This document shows, piece after piece, positions 15,149 through 28,000 of a DNA stretch of 64,000 nt. The DNA comes from Bilabrum cf. latius (Eukaryota), in contig OZ237759.1 of assembly GCA_965178125.1 (NCBI GenBank), forward strand, positions 620,001-684,000, given 5' to 3'. Every line of letters starts with the position of its first letter. Positions within the stretch are counted from its first letter, which is position 1. The position numbers and the translations under genes are program-made. Below the pieces are notes generated by a model, which was given only the letters and a program-made list of their open reading frames with translations, ran no database searches and was not told the origin of the DNA.

Positions 15149-16363
15149 TCATGTCACACGTCGCGATTTCTGTCTGCTGCTGCTTCTCGCCTTGGCACCT
15201 GCCATTGCACCCTCCTCGGAATCGGCCTTGCCTGCGGCTGCCCTGCCCCGTTTACTTCCGATGCTATGTCCATCTTTGCTATCATCTTCCGACTCAGGTG
15301 CCTGTTTTTCTTTGGCAGGCGCTCTTTTCCGGCTCTTGGATGATCCAGAACCATCGCCGCTCCCGCTTGGCTCGTGCTCGGTGATCGTCGATGAGCGAGC
15401 GCCGGAACTGCCTTTGGATGCATGCGTTGAACTACCGCGTGATGCCCCGGTCTCGGTCTCAATCCCGTGCTGGTCACAAACGGCAGCGGCCCACATGGCG
15501 TGCTGGAGCAACTGCTCGGTCCATGGCAGGGAGGCGAGCACTTTGCCTGGGTTACTGCTTCCGGAGCTTGTCGAGATCTTGGTGCCAATCGTCGCCGATG
15601 ATGATGACGCAGCCACCGAGGAGGATGGTGGTGCAGAAGATGAGGATGAAGATGAGGATGACCCTGCACCTGATCTGGGCCCCACCTCCTTCGGTTCACT
15701 GCCAGTCGCCGCCCCCGATCCACTCCCACTATCACTACCACTATTATCAAAGGCACGCTCCTCTTCATTCAACCGGCCGGCCAGCACCTGCAAGTCCCTA
15801 GCAAAATTCTCCAGCACAGGCATGGTGTACTGCCGGCAACCCCACGCCTCCAGAGCCTCGTCACACATGAACGGCACCCTGGGATCGTAGGCCGCCAGAA
15901 TGGCGCTCGCAGTTGCTGGACCTACCCCTTTCAGGCTGGTGACTGCGCCCACGGCCGAGCGTAGGCCGGCGGAAGACAATTTGTCCGGCTGCGTTCCGGC
16001 GCCCCTTAGCTTCTTAAGGATTGCAAAAGCCTTCATCGACGCCTTCTTAACGGCTTCGTCGTCTAATCTATCGACGTGCTGCTGCAGCCCCGGCCTAAAT
16101 TTCCCCTTGTTCAGCTTCCACGTCATCAACCGCGACAGCTCTGGCTGCGTCATGTACGGCTCCGGCTCCCTGGCGAGAATGTTGGCATGCAATTCAGTAA
16201 CGAACCACACATCGTCCCGCTTAAATCGTTTACCGCGGGGAGTAGTTTTCTTCTCTTGCACAGCGCCAAGTGCATCATTGTACTTTCGCAGTGCAGATCG
16301 CCACGCTGCTGCATCGCCTCCTTGTAGCATGCGTTTCACTACTCTTGAGCAGAAAGTGGGCAT
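15149..16363 (-). CDS. Amun-like protein with helix-hairpin-helix (DNA-glycosylase-like) motif
   Basis: ELSRLMTWKLNKGKFRP and LKGVGPATASAIL...PFMCDEA resemble the Amun family; start at ATG 16363 or 16330; TGA stop. Confidence 0.75.
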   Translation of the reverse strand: MPTFCSRVVKRMLQGGDAAAWRSALRKYNDALGAVQEKKTTPRGKRFKRDDVWFVTELHANILAREPEPYMTQPELSRLMTWKLNKGKFRPGLQQHVDRLDDEAVKKASMKAFAILKKLRGAGTQPDKLSSAGLRSAVGAVTSLKGVGPATASAILAAYDPRVPFMCDEALEAWGCRQYTMPVLENFARDLQVLAGRLNEEERAFDNSGSDSGSGSGAATGSEPKEVGPRSGAGSSSSSSSSSAPPSSSVAASSSSATIGTKISTSSGSSNPGKVLASLPWTEQLLQHAMWAAAVCDQHGIETETGASRGSSTHASKGSSGARSSTITEHEPSGSGDGSGSSKSRKRAPAKEKQAPESEDDSKDGHSIGSKRGRAAAGKADSEEGAMAGAKARSSSRQKSRRVT

Positions 16364-16491
16364 TGCTAGTGGGTAAAAGTATAATTTAAGCAAGAATTGT
16401 GGCAGGACTTTGCGATCCGGCTGCTCAGATGTGGCGAAGGCGGTCGATTTTCATTCAAATTTGCAGCCCACTGAAGTGCAACTGCAACAAA

Positions 16492-19400
16492 ATGCCTCGC
16501 GTTCGTTCGACACTCACGAGCCCTGACAGTCTTGAATGTGTGCACAAGTCCTCTCGTAGAAGAATTGAATTGCGGCGAAACTGGCGATGCCGAATGTCGA
16601 AGTCAGGCTAGGGCTCTAAACACACAGCCACTGAACCGTTGCTGGCAGGCTCGCTAGCATCAATACGAATCGGTCGAAAAAGAAGGCGCAGTGCACAAAC
16701 CGAATCAGTTTGGGGTGATATAGAATAGACTGACCGGGATCGAAGCAGGCAGACCCTGAGGGCTCGAGCACGCCAACTGATGCTCAGGCGACAAGAAGCC
16801 GCACTCAAGTCAGTCCCGGCGGTACCAGATACCAAACCGCAGAGCAAACCATAGAGACAAACCACGAAGTCCCAAGAGGCGTGGTGGTCCAGCGGCAAAC
16901 TCTTCGACATGTGGCCCAGGCAGGTGGCATCCTTTGAGGCGATCGATCGCGCCTGGCGACGGTGGGCGCGCAGCTGCTCCAACGAGCACACACGCAGGGT
17001 AAAGAGCAGCCAATCTGTTGGAGCTGACGACAATTTATCCGCCTAGTGCGCTTCCTCGAAGGCTGGAGGAGACCCGCGGCCCGTGAGCGAGCAGAGCAAC
17101 TGCTTCGCTCTCGCTCCGCCCCGGCTGCTCGTCGCTTCCTTCGAGACCTCAAGGAACGGCCGACGAAGGTTCGCTGCGTGCGGGCTGGACCGCTTGTGGA
17201 GGCGGGTGCTCCGGATCCCGCCCCGGGATCGGCACGTGTACGAGATCATCCGGGAGGGCTGCGCCTGCCACCTCTACTTCGACATCGAGTACAAAGTGGT
17301 CACAAATCCACGGGTGGATGGCGGGGCCGCCACTGCCCTTCTACTCAGGGAGGCGCGAAGGCTCCTCCCAATGGTATTCGGGGCCGATAAAGGCCGCTGT
17401 TCCCCGAAGCACGTGCTGGAGCTGGACTCGAGCAGGGCGGGGAAATTCTCAAGGCATGCGGTTGTGAGGCTGCCATCGGGCGCCATGTTTGCGACCAATT
17501 CGCACGTGGGAGAGTTCGTGCTGCTGCTGCTGCGCTGGCTGCAGGCTCGCCGTGATGCCGCCATACGGGAATGGTGCAGGCGACGCGCAGCAAATGAGCC
17601 CTAGTCTGTGCCTAGTGCTAGTACTGGTGCTGGTGCTGGTGCTGGTGCTGGTGCTGGTGCTGGTGCTGGTGCTGGTGCTGGTGCTGGTGCTGGTGCTGGT
17701 GCTGGTGCTGGTGTAGGCACGGGTACAGGGACCAATACTGGTCAAGATGCCAGTACCAGTGCCAGCAAGGCAGGAGATTTGACCAGAAATCAGGCTGCAG
17801 ATCATCCTAGAGAAGATGATCGGATCAGAGATCGGATCAAGGACCTAGAGCTGTGCTCCCTGTGGGTGGAGGAGGAAGAGGAGGAGGACGGTATTCGTGG
17901 TGCCGCCGCTGGGTACAATTCCGCTGGAAACGGGGCTGCTGCTGCTGACCAAGGTGCAGCACAGGGTACGGCGGAGGCAGTGGCAGATCGTTTGATCCGA
18001 TCGTTCGGGTGCCGCGCATTTCTAGCTGACCTCGCCGTGTACACGCGGAACCGGGCCATGCGCTTGGTGCTGTCCACAAAGTTCGGCAAGCGGGCGGTGC
18101 TTGCACCTGCCGGCACTAACCAGTTCGGCGTGCTAGCGGAAGCGGGCGCAGAGGGGGGGGCGGGGAAGGGTGGCGAGACCAAAGAAAGTAGTTCTTCTTC
18201 TTCTTCTTCTGTTGCTGCTGCTGCTGCTTGGGCCAGCGACTCATCATCTGCCGGGCCTCGTGCCTTGGACTAGGCCTAGCATGACCGGGAAGAAGAAGAC
18301 AGCGCACCATTGGCGACTCCACTGGTCCACACACCGAGCAAGGAGAGAGTGTAGTTACTACTCGCCGGAGAAGACCCAACTCTAGAAGCCGAGTCGATAC
18401 CTTGGGGCAGCGCAATCGGAGCAGGAGATTCTGCTGGAGATCGAGAGGGCCAAGCAGCAGGTGACGGCAGCACACATGGAAGTGTTGCTGGAGCGCTGCA
18501 TGACTTCAGTGCGGGCCGACTCTATATACTATCTGTTGGTATGTTACAGCGGGAAGTTAATCGTGGGCAGTCGCATCGAAGCGCGTTGAAGAGAGGAGGA
18601 AATGATGCAGTGGAGGATGCAGATTCGGTTGGCGGGATGTCTGTGGAGGAGCTGGAGGCCCTTGCAGATTTGGCTGCCGAGGCAGAGCAAGAGCTGCATG
18701 AGCAAGGCGTCGACAAGAAAGCGAGCGGTCGAGACAAAGGACGAGAGAATCAGCGCAGTTAGCTCGGTGGAGTGGAAGGTGGGGCCGCCGAAGAAGCTGG
18801 TGCCGAGGAGCTCAGCTCGGACATGGATGTGGACGAGCTCATGCGGCTTGCTGCTTCATTCGAGGAAGACCCTCCGGCAGGTGCTTCTCAGGAGCAGCAA
18901 CAGGAGGCCTGCACGCGTGCAAGCGCTTCGAGTGGAGCGAGCATCAGCGATGGTGCACCATGCCAAGCGCTAAGGAGAGAGACCAGGTAGGGCTCCAGCC
19001 AGGTGTACCCATCGACATAGGCGGGAATCGCTTCCAGTGGTGATCGTCGTAACGCGCCGTCACTGTCGTAGTAGGCAATTGATGCTCGTGATGGTACCAA
19101 TGACATTGTTGGTGGAAAGGCTGGTGAGGCAGGAAGCGCACTTGCAAATGCAGTTGCAGGTGCAGGTGTGGCACGATCTTTCGGCCTCGGACTGCTTGGG
19201 ATCAGACCCGTTCCAAGCCATTCAGGACGCGGTGGTCAACTCAACCATCAGATCAAACCACCTTCCATGGTACCAGCCACTTCCTTAGACCATCAAGCCC
19301 CAGACGCAGCTCGGTACCACCATGATGATTCAAAGGCACAAGACGACTCGCGTGCAGCCGGCATTGCTGCGGGCATCGACACGGACTCTGCCTCTGTGTG

Positions 19401-20814
19401 CTCGCAGTCGACCTCGGCAAGCATCTCCACGATGGGCAGTGCCACCCAGGGTACAACCCAGGGTACAACGAAACCATTCAGGCGGGTCATCCAGGCCGGG
19501 TCGCCAGAGTGGGAAGAGCAGGTGTTCAGGGCCTGCCTCGTGACAGACGCGCTGCCGCCTGTGCCCCTGGCCGGCTACCTCGCCGGGCGAGCCTTGAGGA
19601 TGCGAAGAGCTGCAGGCGGCTCTGATTCTGACTCCGAGTCGGATGCGGAGGGAACATCGCAGCGTGATGGGGGTTCGTCCATGCCCCCCGCATCCACATC
19701 TTCGGCCCAAGCTGCGGAGAGTGCTGACGCTTCCGACAAGCCCGACGCGGATGCAGACGCAGACGCACTGGTTAAACTGGTAGAATAGGCTGAGGCTGGG
19801 GTAGACCGTGCCGTGCCTCGGCAGCACCCGCTGACCCACCAACCGCTGCTGTACCTATGGCCACCAACGCATGGCACAGGGCCTAGGCCGGCACTGACCG
19901 ATTCTGAGAAGGGGTTACCAGATGCTGGCGCCACCAAGTCGCTGCCATGTGCAGCGCAATCAGGTGCAGCGCAATCAGATGCAGCGCACTTAGGCGCATC
20001 GGACGCATGTGAAAGCAGAGCTAAGTCTGGCTCCACTACTGCGCACACGAATGCAGCCGAACAGGATAAAGAACACCATGCTCAACGTTCCGTCAGCGGC
20101 CCGAGCATACAGGCTGGCTGTACCCACGCAGCAGGTAGCGATGCCAAGTACCCGAAGTGTCATATCCTCGCCAATCTGCTCGACCCTGCTAGAACCATGC
20201 CGGAATTTGGCCTTGGCTCCCACGCTGGTGCTGCAGGGCGTACGCAGACTGGGATCCTTCGCCGGGCCATGCATGGCGCTGATGGGAGCGGTCCTGCAGA
20301 CCCGTTGGAGCCTACCAATGGTGCCAGTATGGGCACCCAAGGTAGTCGTCACATCTCACACACTCGTCACACTGGTGGAACGCTCGAGGGATTCGGGGCC
20401 ACGTCACCATACCCTTAGCTGGACTCGTTCGTGGTACACGTCGCTGGCAGCAACGGGGGCCCTCGGGCGAGGATCCGGCAGTGGAGGGTTCTGCATGATG
20501 TTGTTCCCCAAGGAACAGGCTTATCTACATCATAGAGCGGCGTTGGCGAAGGCAGTGTGTCTGCGGGCGGGACACCGTTGGTTGTGCCACGAACCGTGCA
20601 GTACAGCATGGTTGGGAATCGTTTCTGTCGGCGGGTGGGGAGGTAGCACAAGAGCAACAACGTGTCGTATTCGGTTGATGTGGTGCATGGCACTGTGGTG
20701 CAGATGTGCACCGACGTAGATTGCCGCGGTTTCCGATCGGATCGCATTGCAATACCGTGGGAACTGGTGCCGAGCATAGGCGGCGGTGACGGTGCTTTAA
20801 ACATCGAGTCGTGA
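16492..20814 (+). CDS. PRIMPOL: DNA primase-polymerase PrimPol (AEP domain plus C-terminal Zn finger), ~1440 aa with TAG as sense
   Basis: RQ motif (WPRQ), HVYEII...LYFDIE (motif A DxE), KFSRH (motif B), DLAVYTRNR.MRL..STKFGK (motif C), SPYP*LD, Zn finger FCRRVGR*HKSNN...QMCTDVDC; one frame with 17 TAG and no TAA/TGA until TGA 20812. Confidence 0.92.
17624..17713 (+). repeat. (GCTGGT)n hexamer microsatellite encoding an Ala-Gly tract within PrimPol
   Basis: About 14-15 copies seen directly. Confidence 0.95.
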
Positions 20815-22211
20815 ACTAATGGCGTTTCGCTTGTGCTTGTGCTGATACAGAGGCCAGCATATGTCGTGCTTAGACAATGATCGCAGAGCTAGCATCGGAA
20901 ATGCATCCTATCCTACAAGGCAATCTCCAGCCCGCACCTTTGTCTCCATGCGATAGGCCTCGTGCTCGGGCTCGGAGAGGACATTGCTCCGCTCACCACA
21001 TCCGGATCCATGGTACGTGTACACAAAAGCGTTCTTAATGATGGCTAAGTGCCATACTAAGCTAGTACGTGGCTGTCCTACGCGACAAAGCTAGCAGCTC
21101 CGCGAAATCATCGCTTAGCTGATATCAGCCAGCATTCCTACTGAAACACAGTGTTGAGATAGTGCAGAGAGGGCCATCCTTCGAGGTCTTCGACCTCCTC
21201 CTCAGCCGAGGCACACGCCCCAGCATGCATCATCTCGGCTCGTGCAGGCCTCCAGGGGATGGCAAGACGCAGTGCACTGTGTAGGGCAGGCCCCAGGAGA
21301 TTGCATGCGGTACACCCCGGATACTGCAAATTCCCCCCTACTTTCCCATTGCAAGTTGACTGGCCTCATAGGCGTGTCGTCGCTACATGGCTTCCTGTCC
21401 CTGTTCCCCGCCCTGGGGTCCTTGTGCGCTGCTCCTTGCATCGCCACTTTGAACCTTGATCTGTCCTCTCAGCTTGCACGTACAAGTCCTGGCCGACCTG
21501 CCATGCGCCCCGTCTATCCACCCGCCTGCTGGCCTCATCTACGCGCTGCTGGCCATCCAATGCTGCGGCCCGCTGCCACTCGCGTCTGCCTTGTGCCTGG
21601 CACCTGGAGCCCCCTTCCTCCCGTTGGATTATCCCACTGACATCGCACTATCCTGGATCATCGCCTGTGCCGGTGCCCCCTGCTGGTCCTCTGCCTCGCC
21701 GGCGCCCCACCTGAACTTCCGGATCCTCTCTGCTCCCCGTCGTTTCAATCCTGATGTCCCAAGTACATATGCAGAACGGATGGAGGACGCCGTGTGGGGT
21801 AGGCCTCCAGGAGATGGAGGGACGCAGTTTACTGCCTAGGGCAGGCCTCCAAGAGCTGCACCAGACCAGCAGTACCGGGGATGGATCGGTCGGTCGGGGC
21901 GTCCTCTAACCCAATGGCCCAATTAAGACGGAAATGGGGAAATGGGTGCATCGGGCTGGTGAAGTCTGACACTCACAACTCATCACGACACCTCCTACCC
22001 GGCAGTTTGTGCCCGTCACTCGGCTAAATTGTATACTCCCGTGACATCCGGACCGTGACTTCCATGACAGCTTCTTTTACAGACTCATACTGCTCACAAC
22101 GCGAGATCTCGATATCAGAGACCTTATTGGCATTACCAACAGAGACACACCCAATCAATGATCCGATCCCGATGGAATCCTGGAAGAGGCTCAGTCGTGC
22201 AGGCGTGTTGC

Positions 22212-24995
22212 TTAGGTCTTAATTATGAAGGCCAGCAGGAGCGATGGAGGGGCGATGTCCACTTCTTCATCTTCCCCAACGTTGCGCTTTGGGTGCGTCA
22301 TGACACGTGTAGCGTCAGCCCAGGATGAAGATCTGCGGTACGCTGTCCCGCTGTCCAAGTATACACCACGTGCAATTGTGCCAGCCAACACTGGCATCCC
22401 TGCGTTTGGGAGAGTGACGCGACGATCACGAGACCCAACAATGAGACCCTCCTTCTGCCAGGCTTTTGCCGAGTCATATCCGCTACGCGAGCTGCCTACC
22501 TCTTCTTCAATCATCCCAACGTATAGCTGGTGCTCGTGGTATGGCGCGTCCCGCAGCATCAGCTTGCCTTCCATCTCCAGGCCAATCTGGTCAAAGAACC
22601 GGCCATCCACCTTGCCTCCGACTGCCTCCACCCCTGCTGGATACTTCCCACGCATGTCTGGCACCTTGAACTCGGTGGGAAGCATCCCTCCCCGGCTCCT
22701 GTTGGTGTACGTGTCGCCGATGACCGACCACAGAGTGGGATACCCGGCCTTGAATAGCACCCTCCCGTCACAGGGCAGCCATCCAATGGGCACCTTCGCT
22801 GGGTCACGCACGTCTGCAGAGTGCATTACAATGGTGCCTGCAGGGACTGAGCCACCGGAGGATACCCCGCTGGATCCACCGGAAGACGATGCCTGCACGG
22901 AGCCATCGTCCCCAACCATCCCCGTGCTGCTGCTGCTCGCGACACCTCCCACGGCCGACTGCACTACCAAAAGATACTCGGCACTGATGGCCCTCCCCAC
23001 GAAAAGCGCCCCCCCGCTCACGCCATCCGCCTGTGTCACTACCCGGCCATCGCTAGATCGAGCGTAGTAGTTCGCAGACGGCACCAGCGACCGGTAAGGG
23101 TGCCTTAGAGCCCCAGACAAGACCACGGACACAGCGCTCCCGCCATCCCGCAGCAGTGCACTACCTTCCAATTCATCCTCTGGATGCCTCGAGAACCGCG
23201 TGATGCCAACAGGCAGCGGGCCTTCCTTTAACAGACCCACTCGGGCCAGCGCAGACGGATCGGAAGAGCCTCGGTGTAGTAGCAGCACGGAATCAGCCCG
23301 TGCAGGTGTACCTGCCAGCCCCACTCCCACCGCAATTGTGCTCTTCCTTGAGTTGCCCAGGCTCTGAGGGCGACCCAGCGTGACCTGAAGACGGCCGTCC
23401 CCCGACGCCACTGCATCCCTCACCACGGCAGCTGCGCTCCCATCCCGATACACGATTGCGAATCGGCCTGCCTTGGCGCACGGTGAACTGAACCTGCCCA
23501 ATGGTGCATAGCCCAGCAAGCCCTTACCGCATGGAATCGTGCCCACGGACAGACGCAGGGCAGAAGGGGCACTGGACCCGGCGTCCATCAGAACGGGCGG
23601 CATCATTGAAGCTTGCGGAGACGATCCCATAGTGACGGCGATGCCCCTGACGAGTATCGCCTGCCCCTGGTCAAAGTCGCGATAGGCCATGATGATCTGG
23701 CCCTCTGATAGCAACCCCAGGGCCATGTGCTCGATCCTGCCGCTGCTCGACACTGGCCCGCTGGCAAGCGAGACAGGCCGGTTCCCTGCACCGCTGTCCA
23801 TGCCCATCAGGTGGTACCGTGTGTCTTTGGTTCCAGCTCGCTAGTACACGACAAGGAAAGCGCCTGCAGATGGAGCGATTGCGGACAGGTACTGCCCCGC
23901 CTGCAGTGGTTCAAGCACGGTGACACTAGAGGGGGAGAGAACCTCTGCCGTGTCTGGCTTAACGGAGGCCGTCAGTGCAACGACTGCGCCGTTTCTCCCA
24001 TCTTTGAGGGACACAACCAGCTGCACCTCATGAGCAGAGCCTGTTGCAGATGAGGGCCCTGATGAGCTCGGCTATCCCACAACCACGGCCGCCATCGCGC
24101 CATCTCGCATGCCATCCGTCCCCAGCCATGACGCGTCCATCCTTTCCCAGTCGGCACTTAGAGAGGCTGAGATGGCGGCTGATGACCGCGAGGCACGAAG
24201 GGTGGTGATAACTACATCACCCACGCTGTTATCGTCCCCAAGAGTAGAAGAGGCGCCCACGTACACGCACACTGCGGCGTTGGAGGCGAGCGGTGTGCAC
24301 GAGGGCGGGGCCGCTTGCTGTGCTGCTGCAGGTGAGCCGGACGGGGACAGCCCGGTGCTTGCTACTGTCAGCACCCCATGCCAGCCATTGGCAGTGGAGT
24401 TGTCCCGCTGTGCCCCCGCCCGCAGCAGCGTGGCACCAACGACCCCTGTGGAGGGATGCACCTCCAAGGCAAACACACCCTCACCCGCCCACAAGGGAGC
24501 CAGTGCCACGCGGTCCAAGGCGGCATTGGGCAACGCGTTGGCCGAGGCCTGGATGTCCATGCCAAAGCCAGCCGACACGTACCCATTCAGACCCGCGCTG
24601 ACTGCAACCATGGGCATAATGGCAGGCGCGGAGGTAAAGTTGGTCATCGGCCGGAGGGGCACGGTCAGCGATCCGGATAGCGACGAGGATGTGCCCATTG
24701 CCTCTATGTCTCCATCCACTCGCATAGACCCCGTGAATCCCACTGTTGCGCCCTAGAATGGCGTGGTTGGAGTATCAAGCCCTACATCCGCAAGGAAGGT
24801 GCTCCCGTCAGCTTGGGACAGATTGACAGACGTGAATACGCTAGTCTACAAAATGGGCTTTAGAGGGCATCTCTGATCCGCATGTACCCGGTATTCTAAT
24901 ATTTGAATTTGTGAACAAGCAACTGGGCCCAATGGGTGGACAATTGAGCAGGCATGCAAGACGTAAGTGGGGTGGCCATTAAAGGCCTTGGGCAT
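22212..24995 (-). CDS. Protein with phage tail-fibre-like segment and C-terminal phage tail collar domain; 5' end uncertain
   Basis: VPAGTIVM...PIGWLPCDG...YPTLWSVIGDTY...FKVPDMRG...PPSLLLAFIIKT is the tail-collar signature; ORFs 24743, 24026 and 23807 share one frame and join through TAG (24753, 24072, 23841); ends TAA 22212. Start is ATG 24995 or a spliced upstream exon. Confidence 0.75.
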
Positions 24996-25096
24996 CCTCT
25001 TCTCTCTCACCTCGGAGCCAGACCCCCACTCAATCGTGAAGTCAACCCTGGATCAGATCGAATCCAATTGATCTTCTGCGTGTCCCCCGCCTACCC

Positions 25097-28000
25097 TTAG
25101 CCGCGTTTTGGCATCGCCCCCCACATGCGCATTCCCTAGGTATCTTGTTCTGCCATTTCGGGCAGGCTGAGCTCGATTTGTCGAGCCATCAATGCCTGGG
25201 TCTGGACTGCATTCCCAGGCTACGAGGGTTGCTTCAGAGCAGCAGTTGGGCTCGCAAGAGGCCCCAATGTGCCACTAGGATTCACAGCGGAGCTTACTGG
25301 TGCCGTGTGGTCTGCCTGCTGCGTCCCGTAACCACGCTTCTCTTGCGTTGCCTGGGGTCTCGTTGGTTTAGATGAAGCGATTGCTTTAGCTCGCAAGCGT
25401 TTCCGTTCCTACTCCAGCCTCTTCCCAGTCTTGGCAGCAGCTGCTGCCCAACTTGACTTGCCCTTGCTAGTCGGGCCACTAGCCTGAGGCGGGCTGGCAG
25501 CAAGCATCTCCGAGGCAATGGTATCGCGCTTGGTCTACTTCTTCTGCGGCTCGTGCGTCCCGCTGCTCTGGCTAGCCAAAAGCCTACCCGCGTAATCAAG
25601 GCCCTACTTGTCTGATGCGCACGGCTTTGCAAGCTTGCCTTGCAGAGATTCAATCGTCGCTGCCCTCCTCAGGCTCCTGCCGGCCTGCATAGACCTCAGC
25701 CCACTGGCAGTGCAAGCAGCCGGCATGCTGACATTAGGCCGGCCTGGCTTGTTCCCTTGCGCATTGTTCCCCAGCAGAATGGTGCTACCAGCCTTGCCGA
25801 CGAGCCCTCCCATGCAGGCAGCATACGTCACATAGAAGGCCCAGTGCGGGTCCTTCAGCATGGCACGCGGGTCGCACACCATCGCCAGCCCGAACTTGGC
25901 CCTGGACACAGCGACGTTGGTGCGGCGTGGATCCACCAAGAACCCCAAACCGCCACGCGTGCCGCATCGAACCGTGGACAAGACCACCAGATCCGCCTCA
26001 GTGCCCTGCAAGCCGTCTGCCGTTCCGACCCGCACTGCCTTGGACGGCTTCTTGCCAAGCTTGTCCTGCAGCTGGTCCCTGATCTGGCGCACCTGAGCCT
26101 TGTAGGGACTCACAACAGTAACGGTGGGCTGCGGGTGCTGCTCTGACAACTCCGCTGCTGATGGTCGCGGCCCACTGCTGCCAGCACTGCCAGAGTGGAT
26201 ACCCCCTATAGAGAGAGATTCGACTAGGTCTGCCACGATCTCTGCCTCACGCCGATTGCTGGACGACACCGACGCGCCCTTAACTATACCGCCGTCCTGC
26301 ACACACACGACTAGCATGGGCAGCCTCTCTACTGCTACTGGACGCACGCGCGGATCATCGCTCCCTGTACCGCTCGACGGTCCGCCTGATGGGAGTGCGT
26401 CACCTGCCTGCGGCACTGCCTTCATTGAAGCACGGGCATTGCGCACAGCCTCCAACACAGCTATCCCGAGCTCTGGAGACATGGCGCACAGATGAAGAAC
26501 GAGGCGTGCGGCGGGGCCAAACGATTCCGGGTCCAGCTGAGCACCTGCGGACAGCAGCGATGGCAGCTCTGCAAGCTCAGCATCAGTCAGCGCCGGCACA
26601 CGTCCACTGAAGTGACATGCCTGGGTCGCAAGCATTTCCTGGATTACCATACAGCTCTTGGCCTGCCCCGGGTCGCGGCATGCCAGCGCACCAGTCCGCA
26701 GTTTGGCGCCTTGTGCCCCGAATGCAGACCCGACGAACCACGCAGACCGGACGGATCCTCCGTAGTCGCAATAGCTCCACGCCAACAGGGCAGGTACGCA
26801 GCGAAACGACTGCGTCAGCTGTACAACATGACGAGGACCACTAAAGCCGCCATCGTCAGCACTGCCTTCGTCCGACAGCTCCGTGGATAGCACGGCAGCA
26901 TCATCCCAAGCAGCTTGCGCCCCGCCCGCGCTAGACTTCATGCGGCGCATCAGGTCCAATGTCCGTGCACTCGTGTCCGCACAGCCGACATCTAGACTCA
27001 CGGACGACTTAACCGCAGGCAAGATCTTCTCGATCGCGCCTCCTGCGATCGGCAAGGCTGACACTCCCACAAGTTGCTCGATGAGCGAGATCCCGCCCCC
27101 CGCTGCATTGCTGAACCCACACTTGAGAACAGGCCCCAGCTGTCTGGGATCTCCCGCCAGCAGCAGAGTGGGCAGCTGCAGGTCTACAGCGCTCCTACAC
27201 CTTTGCTTTACGGTTGCGACCAGGTAGGCCATCAACAAGATGGGCACCAGCTGCGCCTGCCGCAACTGACTCGCTTCATCGACGACGATGTAGTCGAAAT
27301 CCAAGCCCTCGCACGCCTTTGCGTCTGATTTCGATGCTGCGTGAAGTGCTCGGAACAGCCACTTGCTGGCGGTGTCCACAGTCGCAGCTACCAGCCTAGC
27401 GCTGCCCATCTCCTCCGGATCGACCAAATCCGCCCTGCACACCTGCTACAGAACAGCGGCTTGGTTGCCCCCCCCCTGCTGAGCAGCAGCCTAGGGGGAG
27501 CGGGACCCAGCCACGGCCCTGTAGACCAATCCCTTGATGCCTTCATCTCGCAGCAGGCCAGCCTTGCTCAACCTCGTGATTGTCTTGGTGAGCATCTGCT
27601 CCACGGCGAAGTTGGTCTGCCCAAGTATCAGCACGCGCGGCTTGTCGGGACTCGCCGCGAGGTGCGCCAGCAGTGCGGACACAGTGGTAGTCTTGCCAGT
27701 CCCCGGGGGTCCAAACAGCACCGATACCGTGGGCCGCTGCAGCGTCATTCCAACTAGGGCCAGCTGCTCCTGGTTGAGTCCTTGAAGGGCACTTGACGTG
27801 CCATCTCTGTCGCACTGTGCCTTAGCGAAAGCAGCCAGATCGGTGACGCTGTTGCCGACTGAAGCATCGCTGGCTGCATCATGCAGCTCAGTCGAAACTA
27901 GTGGCACCGATTCTGGTATTGACAGAGCTGCTTGCAGTGCCGCTGCTGCAACGGACTAGGACGCCGATGCTACTGGCAGTGCCTGACTTTCCTCCACCTC

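Noticed and set aside
16492-20814. TAG as pyrrolysine, or A-to-I edited to Trp
   Set aside because: No pyl genes are present and the DNA is eukaryotic; TAG columns align with Gln or polar residues and Gln runs, not Trp. U-to-C editing cannot be excluded without RNA data but is less parsimonious.
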